Positions 58,573-64,000 of a stretch of DNA of 64,000 bases are shown here, one piece after another; within the stretch, counting starts at the first letter, position 1, and every line of letters starts with the position of its first letter. The position numbers and the translations under genes are program-made. The stretch is from a bacterium (GTDB taxonomy: Bacteria > UBP13 > UBA5359). The stretch lies in the NCBI GenBank assembly GCA_028685295.1, contig JAQUEL010000002.1:7559-71558 (forward strand), written 5' to 3'. The notes under the pieces are model-generated. The model was not told the origin of the DNA and ran no database searches. It worked only from the letters and a program-made list of their open reading frames with translations.

Positions 58573-59652
58573 TCAGCCATTACGCCTCTCGAAATCCTTC
58601 ATGAAGCCTATCAGAGCCTGCACAGCTTCCATGGTCACGGCATTGTAGATGCTGGCCCTGATGCCGCCTACGGAGCGGTGTCCCTTTAAGCCTATCAAAC
58701 CGGCCTTTTTAGATTCAGCTACAAACTTCTCTTCCAGCTCCTCGGATGGCAGGCGCCAGACTATATTCATGATGGAACGGCTTTTCTTATCGGCTATAGT
58801 ACGCCAGAAACCGCTGCTGTCCAGGGTGCCATAAAGCAGGGCGGCCTTTTCCTCATTGATTCTCTGTACAGCCGGTATACCTCCACCGGCAAGCAACCTG
58901 TCCGTAACCAGTTTCAAAACGTAGATACCCCAGGTGTTGGGAGTATTATACAGGCTCTTCTCCTTGGCGTGAGTGGTATATCGTAGAAATATCGGCACGG
59001 CATCCGTGACGCGTTCGATCAGATCCTTCCTAATGATAACCAGCGCCATTCCTGAAGGACCGATGTTCTTCTGAGCGCCACCGTAGATCATACCAAAACG
59101 GTTTACATCCACCACCCTTGACATAATTTCGCTGGACATATCTGCTACCAAAGGTACATCGGTAACGGGAAACTCAGCAAAGCGTATGCCGCCGATGGTC
59201 TCATTGGAACAGATATGAAGGTACTCCGCTCCGGCAGGAACCTTAAGCTCTTCCGGCTGCGGCGCTCTGGTGTAATTGCATTCGCCACCATCCCAGATTA
59301 CCTCTACATCACCGGTTATCCCGGCCTCCTTAATAGCTTTGCCCGCCCAGCTACCGGTATTCACAAAGGCGGCGCTCTTACCGGGACGACGCAAATTGAG
59401 AGGAATCATGGCAAACTGCAGGCTGGCTCCACCCTGTAAGAAGAGAACCGCGTAATCGTCGCTCACACCCATCAACTTTCTGACATTGGCCTCTGCAGTA
59501 TCATTTACGGCCTGAAACTCCTTGGAACGATGGCTGATCTCTATAACGGACATGCCGCCGCCGGCATAATCCAGCATCTCTTCACGAGCCTTCTCCAGCA
59601 CTTCCACCGGAAGAGCAGCCGGCCCTGCATTGAAATTATAAACCCTGCTCAT
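58573..59652 (-). CDS. serC: Phosphoserine aminotransferase
   Basis: YNFNAGPAALP, SHRS, NETI.G, DMSS, GAQKNIGP, GHRSVGGIRASIYNA. Confidence 0.96.
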   Translation of the reverse strand: MSRVYNFNAGPAALPVEVLEKAREEMLDYAGGGMSVIEISHRSKEFQAVNDTAEANVRKLMGVSDDYAVLFLQGGASLQFAMIPLNLRRPGKSAAFVNTGSWAGKAIKEAGITGDVEVIWDGGECNYTRAPQPEELKVPAGAEYLHICSNETIGGIRFAEFPVTDVPLVADMSSEIMSRVVDVNRFGMIYGGAQKNIGPSGMALVIIRKDLIERVTDAVPIFLRYTTHAKEKSLYNTPNTWGIYVLKLVTDRLLAGGGIPAVQRINEEKAALLYGTLDSSGFWRTIADKKSRSIMNIVWRLPSEELEEKFVAESKKAGLIGLKGHRSVGGIRASIYNAVTMEAVQALIGFMKDFERRNG

Positions 59653-59910
59653 TCGTATCACTCTCGCTTACTGTTAACTTCTTAGAAAGTTTAACACAGG
59701 ATGAGTTATTCTGCCAGAGGAACGATGCAATTGCATTATATGTTATTCGGCAATCACTAGAAAGCCGTTGCTCTCCATTGCTCGCTATCTCTGATAGCCA
59801 CCTGCTTAGTGTCATGCAACCAGAAACTGAACCGCCTTTATATAATCCCCAAATAAAATCGGTTTCAATTTCGCTATATTGGGAAAGTTATCATAAAACC
59901 TATAAAGGAG

Positions 59911-60231
59911 ATGATGAGAATGCCCCGTCTGCCGAGGATCAAAGAATGTGACGTCATTGATTGCTTTTATAATACTGATAAATTATGCCACGCATCAGCC
60001 ATAACCGTAGGTTCGCCCTGCCCGAAATGTGATACTTATTTATCATCTTCAGAACATGGGAAGCCGGCGGATATGGGGCAGGTCGGCGCCTGCCATGAAG
60101 ATGATTGCCGCTTTAACCATGAGCTTACCTGTCATGCTCAGGAAATAGTAGTCGGACATCATCAGAGGCATGCCGATTGTTTTACTTACAGTCCTGAAGA
60201 GGGCAAGAGAGAAATATCCGGGTTGGCATAA
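59911..60231 (+). CDS. DUF1540-like Cys-rich protein (two repeats)
   Basis: C...C.YN....CHA..I.VG...CDT repeated twice. Confidence 0.75.
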   Translation: MMRMPRLPRIKECDVIDCFYNTDKLCHASAITVGSPCPKCDTYLSSSEHGKPADMGQVGACHEDDCRFNHELTCHAQEIVVGHHQRHADCFTYSPEEGKREISGLA

Positions 60232-60239
60232 AATATATT

Positions 60240-61151
60240 TTATGATTTACCAAATGTAGACCTGGCTCCTTGCAATGCTTCGGCTATGGCGGCTATGTGC
60301 TCCGGAGTGGTACCACAACAGCCCCCAATAATGCCGGCCCCTGCCGCAATTAATTTAGCTACATATCCTGCCATCGCTTCCGGGGTCTCTTTGAAAACTG
60401 TTCGGCCGTTTTCAAAGATTGGCATCCCGGCGTTGGCATGGATGAGAATCGGCATATCCGGCGCCGTTGCACGCATCGCTTTAGTAATCTCAATCATGTC
60501 GGCGATACCGTTGCCGCAATTAGCACCGATGATATCCGCACCGGCGGCTACAGCTTCCTGAGCTGCACGAGAGGGATCAACGCCCATCATGGTGCGAAAG
60601 CCTCTGGCACCCGGCTCAAAGGTGAAGGTACAGATTATCGGTAAGTTGGTATTTTCTTTGGCTGCCCTGATCGCCTGAGAGGCTTCGATAACAGAGGACA
60701 TGGTCTCAATACACAATGCATCGGCTCCGCCCTGTTCCAGTGCAATTACCTGGTCCTTGAAGGCATTGTAGAGCTCCTGTTCACTTGCCGTGCCACCCTC
60801 ATTCGCCACTATCTGGCCGGTAGGCCCTACCGCTGCCGCCACAAAGCCCTTATCATCCATAGCCTCTTTAGCCAGCCTGGCCGCAGCTGCGTTGAATTCA
60901 GCCACTTTATCACCTAGTCCAAACTCCTTCAATTTATACCAGGTGCCGCCAAAGGAGTTGGTTCCCACTATATTACTGCCGGCATTTATATAAGCTTCTG
61001 CAATCTCCTTCACCACATCCGGATGTGAAATACACCAGGCTTCAGGACATTCACCTTGTTGCAATCCTTTAGCCTGGAGAAAAGTTCCCATCGCCCCATC
61101 GGATACCAATATTTCCCTTCCGGCTATCCTTTCCAGCAATCCGCTCACCAT
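60240..61151 (-). CDS. Stand-alone homocysteine S-methyltransferase domain protein
   Basis: DGAMGT.L, TNSFG, GANCG, NAG.P and GGCCGTTPEHI Zn motifs; no pterin or B12 domains. Confidence 0.9.
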   Translation of the reverse strand: MVSGLLERIAGREILVSDGAMGTFLQAKGLQQGECPEAWCISHPDVVKEIAEAYINAGSNIVGTNSFGGTWYKLKEFGLGDKVAEFNAAAARLAKEAMDDKGFVAAAVGPTGQIVANEGGTASEQELYNAFKDQVIALEQGGADALCIETMSSVIEASQAIRAAKENTNLPIICTFTFEPGARGFRTMMGVDPSRAAQEAVAAGADIIGANCGNGIADMIEITKAMRATAPDMPILIHANAGMPIFENGRTVFKETPEAMAGYVAKLIAAGAGIIGGCCGTTPEHIAAIAEALQGARSTFGKS

Positions 61152-61446
61152 ATCCTCCTGCTTCCTCCAAACAGGCTAAGCCTATTTTTTATCGTTCTTT
61201 TTATCCCGCTTGCTTATAGATATACCGCCCTCGGGCCTGTTCTTCTCATCTCATTAATCTTACTCTGGCTAGATTATACTACCTGTGCATCATTAATTGC
61301 AAAAAACAGACCCGGAACCTCAGCGCCTGCAAGTACACAGAATCTTATAGAGCAAAGGCAAATGCCTTGATTTGCAAATTCACCCATTGCAGACGGCCTT
61401 GTTATCAAATGCTGAATATGGGTAAGAACCAGCAGGAGGTAAAACC

Positions 61447-62145
61447 TTGAAAATAAGCTCTATTCATACCTGGGATATGTCTCCGGTCGAGGCGATAAAG
61501 CTGCAGAACCGGCTTCGAGATATGGTATCGGCAGAGGATGGCCCGGACGAGATACAGTATGTAGCAGGCCTGGATGTTTCCATCAAAGAGAACAGAGGTA
61601 TCGGTGCCGCCGTCATACTGGACTATCCCGACTTGCAACCGGTGGAGACTGCCATTGCTAAAAAGGACATTGCCTTTCCCTATGTTCCAGGCCTGCTATC
61701 CTTTCGTGAAGCACCGGTATTGATTGCTGCTTTGAAGAAGCTCTCTCTGACACCTGACCTGGTATTGGTGGATGGACAAGGTATTGCCCATCCCAGACGT
61801 CTGGGCATAGCTGCTCACCTGGGTGTGCTTACCGGATTGCCTACAATAGGCTGCGGTAAAACCAGACTCTATGGTAAATACGAGGGGCCGGGACCGAGAC
61901 GGGGTGATTACAGCTGGCTCTATGCCGGCAGTGAGATAATAGGTGCTGTCGTCAGAACCAAAGAGAGAACCAATCCCATCTTTATCTCGGTAGGAAATAA
62001 CATTAGCCTGGACAGAGCTATACGGTACATACTTCTTTGCACAACTACATACCGCCTGCCGGAACCGATAAGGATAGCTCATCTAACAGCCGGCAAAGAA
62101 TCCCCCGGCGGATCTGATTGGCATGCAAATGCCTTAATGCTTTAG
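61447..62145 (+). CDS. nfi: Endonuclease V
   Basis: AGLDVS, YVPGLLSFRE, VDGQGIAHPRRLG, PEPIRIAH. Confidence 0.95.
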   Translation: MKISSIHTWDMSPVEAIKLQNRLRDMVSAEDGPDEIQYVAGLDVSIKENRGIGAAVILDYPDLQPVETAIAKKDIAFPYVPGLLSFREAPVLIAALKKLSLTPDLVLVDGQGIAHPRRLGIAAHLGVLTGLPTIGCGKTRLYGKYEGPGPRRGDYSWLYAGSEIIGAVVRTKERTNPIFISVGNNISLDRAIRYILLCTTTYRLPEPIRIAHLTAGKESPGGSDWHANALML

Positions 62146-62191
62146 CACCGGAGATCTTCCTATCCTGATGCCGATTATCAAATATTCGCTC

Positions 62192-62908
62192 TCATTTTTT
62201 TAATATAGTGTCCATCAGTTTCTCTTTATCAATTTTTTTGGTGCAGAAGAACCAATCATAGCAGGTCATATCCTGCTTTCCTTCCATACGTTTTCCGGCC
62301 TCTTCAGATGAACCGGCCGCCGGAATGATTGCTTCATCCCCTGGCTGCCAATTTGCCGGGGTGGAGACAGAAAAGGCATCGGATGTCTGGAGTGCGATAA
62401 TTATCCGATACAATTCATCTATGTTCCTACCCAGGCTGAGAGGGTAATAGATGATCGTCCGGATAATCCCCTCGGGATCAATGACAAATACAGCCCTGAC
62501 AGCCTTGGTGGAACTCTCATTCGGCTGAATCATGCCGTATTTTCCGGCAATTCTCATGGTGATATCTTCGATTAGAGGAAACTTTATTTCAATATTCTTC
62601 ATTCCCTTATATTCGATTTTTTCTTTAATGGTACGCAGCCAGGCTATATGGCTGTAAAGACCATCTACAGAAAGCCCGACCAGTTTGCAGTTTGCCTCCG
62701 AAAACCGATCTGCCATAGAGGCAAAGGTTATAAACTCTGAGGTACATACCGGAGTAAAATCAGCCGGATGACTGAAGAGGATAACCCAGCTTCCCGAATA
62801 CTGCTCCGGGAAATTTATCTCTCCCTGCGTCGTGATCGCTTTGAATGATGGAGCTTTATCTCCTATACGCGGCATTGATACTGCTTCGGCCATATTTTGA
62901 GCATCCAT
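62192..62908 (-). CDS. Peroxiredoxin (Prx6/TDXH type)
   Basis: FSHPADFTPVCTSEF, GRNIDE, C-terminal CYDWFFC. Confidence 0.93.
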   Translation of the reverse strand: MDAQNMAEAVSMPRIGDKAPSFKAITTQGEINFPEQYSGSWVILFSHPADFTPVCTSEFITFASMADRFSEANCKLVGLSVDGLYSHIAWLRTIKEKIEYKGMKNIEIKFPLIEDITMRIAGKYGMIQPNESSTKAVRAVFVIDPEGIIRTIIYYPLSLGRNIDELYRIIIALQTSDAFSVSTPANWQPGDEAIIPAAGSSEEAGKRMEGKQDMTCYDWFFCTKKIDKEKLMDTILKK

Positions 62909-62942
62909 AATAGCTCCCTCCTCTTGAATTACGTATTTTAGA

Positions 62943-62974
62943 TATATCAGATTAGATATATCTACTCTGATATA
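62943..62974. promoter_or_regulatory. 32-bp near-perfect palindrome upstream of the peroxiredoxin gene
   Basis: TATATCAGATTAGATATATCTACTCTGATATA; 15 of 16 pairs are complementary. Confidence 0.6.
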
Positions 62975-63013
62975 CCCAAAAACAAGATCGCAAACTCCAG
63001 CGGTAATATTACT

Positions 63014-63787
63014 TTAAAGCATCTCCACCAGCAGCGCTCCACTATGGCGACTACGCTCCACTACGATCTGAATGCCGAAGGTCCGATAGATATTATCAGG
63101 CGTCAACACCTCTTCCGGCGTGCCCCAGGCCAGGACATGGCCGTCACACAGCAACAACAGCCTGTCACAGATGCGGGCGGCCAGGTTAAGATCATGAAAG
63201 ACACCCAGCACAGCTATGGCTTTCTCTGCCGCCAAATGTCGTAACAAACGAGCTGTCCCAACCTGATGGCGAATATCCAGATGAGAAGTAGGTTCGTCCA
63301 GCAACAGCAGTTCGGCCTGCTGCGCCAGAGCCCTGGCCAGCAGGACTCTCTGTCTTTCGCCACCGCTGATGGTGGTGACAGAACGATCGGCCAAATGCAA
63401 AGTATCGGTCTCCACCATGGCCCGCTCCGTTATTTCTTTATCAGAAAGGCCCTCACGCTGCACTCGGCCCAGAAAGGGATGACGGCCCATAGCCACTATC
63501 TCTCTGACGGTGAATTCAAACTCGATATGAATATCCTGGGCCAGCACGGCCAGGCAGCAGGCCAGAGCCCGAGGGGTATAATTGCACAACCGGCGACCGC
63601 CCAGGCATATCTCTCCACTGCTTAAGCTCAGCAATCCGGAAACGGCTTTGATCAGCGTGGATTTGCCGGAGCCGTTGGGGCCGATTACGCCGGTCAGCAA
63701 TCCCCGGTCAGCGGTAAGCGATAGCCCGTTAAGCACCGGCTTGCCACCGTAGCCGCAAACGATACCTTTTACTTCCAGCAGGCTCAT
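63014..63787 (-). CDS. Iron-siderophore/heme/cobalamin ABC transporter ATPase
   Basis: [33 protein letters not shown]. Confidence 0.92.
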   Translation of the reverse strand: MSLLEVKGIVCGYGGKPVLNGLSLTADRGLLTGVIGPNGSGKSTLIKAVSGLLSLSSGEICLGGRRLCNYTPRALACCLAVLAQDIHIEFEFTVREIVAMGRHPFLGRVQREGLSDKEITERAMVETDTLHLADRSVTTISGGERQRVLLARALAQQAELLLLDEPTSHLDIRHQVGTARLLRHLAAEKAIAVLGVFHDLNLAARICDRLLLLCDGHVLAWGTPEEVLTPDNIYRTFGIQIVVERSRHSGALLVEML

Positions 63788-64000
63788 CTTCCCCTCCTAT
63801 AAAGAAGATAGATAAAAAAGGGGGCTCCCAGCATAGCGGTTATAAGGCCGACAGGCACCTCGGACGGTGCCAACAAGGTCCGGGCCAGGATATCGGAGAT
63901 GATCATAACCAACGCGCCCAGCAAGAGAGAACCCCAGAGCAAGCGCCTATGATCCGGTCCAATCAGCAACCTGGCGGCATGCGGTACGATCAGGCCCACA
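63784..64000 (-). CDS. FecCD/BtuC family ABC permease (partial, C-terminal end)
   Basis: GLIVPH.AR...GPDHR.LL...EVPVG.ITA.LGAPFF. Confidence 0.9.
   Translation of the reverse strand, partial: VGLIVPHAARLLIGPDHRRLLWGSLLLGALVMIISDILARTLLAPSEVPVGLITAMLGAPFFIYLLYRRGR

Noticed and set aside
61152-61446. SAM or cobalamin riboswitch upstream of the homocysteine methyltransferase
   Set aside because: No recognisable aptamer core on the minus strand.
1-64000. CRISPR arrays, tRNA/rRNA genes, integrases or transposases
   Set aside because: I saw no regularly spaced repeats, no cloverleaf or rRNA signatures and no recombinase motifs; intergenic gaps are all under about 470 bp.

Overview
Gene-dense bacterial chromosomal segment with most genes on the minus strand. 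I saw no rRNA, tRNA, CRISPR array or transposase. The gene mix (SepF, SLH protein and c-di-AMP riboswitch together with TonB-ExbBD, DUF1559-type pilins and an Ech hydrogenase) suggests an anaerobic, carbohydrate-using diderm Terrabacterium; the lineage is inference only. Main blocks: (1) carbohydrate and cell-wall genes with a c-di-AMP riboswitch; (2) LonC-type and M50 proteases; (3) a complete echABCDEF-hypAB [NiFe]-hydrogenase operon; (4) a frameshifted kup; (5) a PilHI-like ABC operon with a PPIase fusion; (6) a PUL-like locus built around a DUF1559 pilin; (7) an acetoin-dehydrogenase-like complex with an SrlD-like SDR, separated from lpdA by exbB-exbD-tonB-cohesin-SLH genes; (8) ilvBN with a Val/Leu leader-peptide attenuator; (9) housekeeping genes. 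The most striking item is the gene directly upstream of echA. It fuses a HypC-like [NiFe] maturation chaperone domain to a HydE-like ([FeFe] maturase family) radical SAM enzyme. The ech leader also carries a promoter, a terminator and a possible Na+ (DUF1646) riboswitch. Several start codons were moved from the ORF track to RBS-supported positions.
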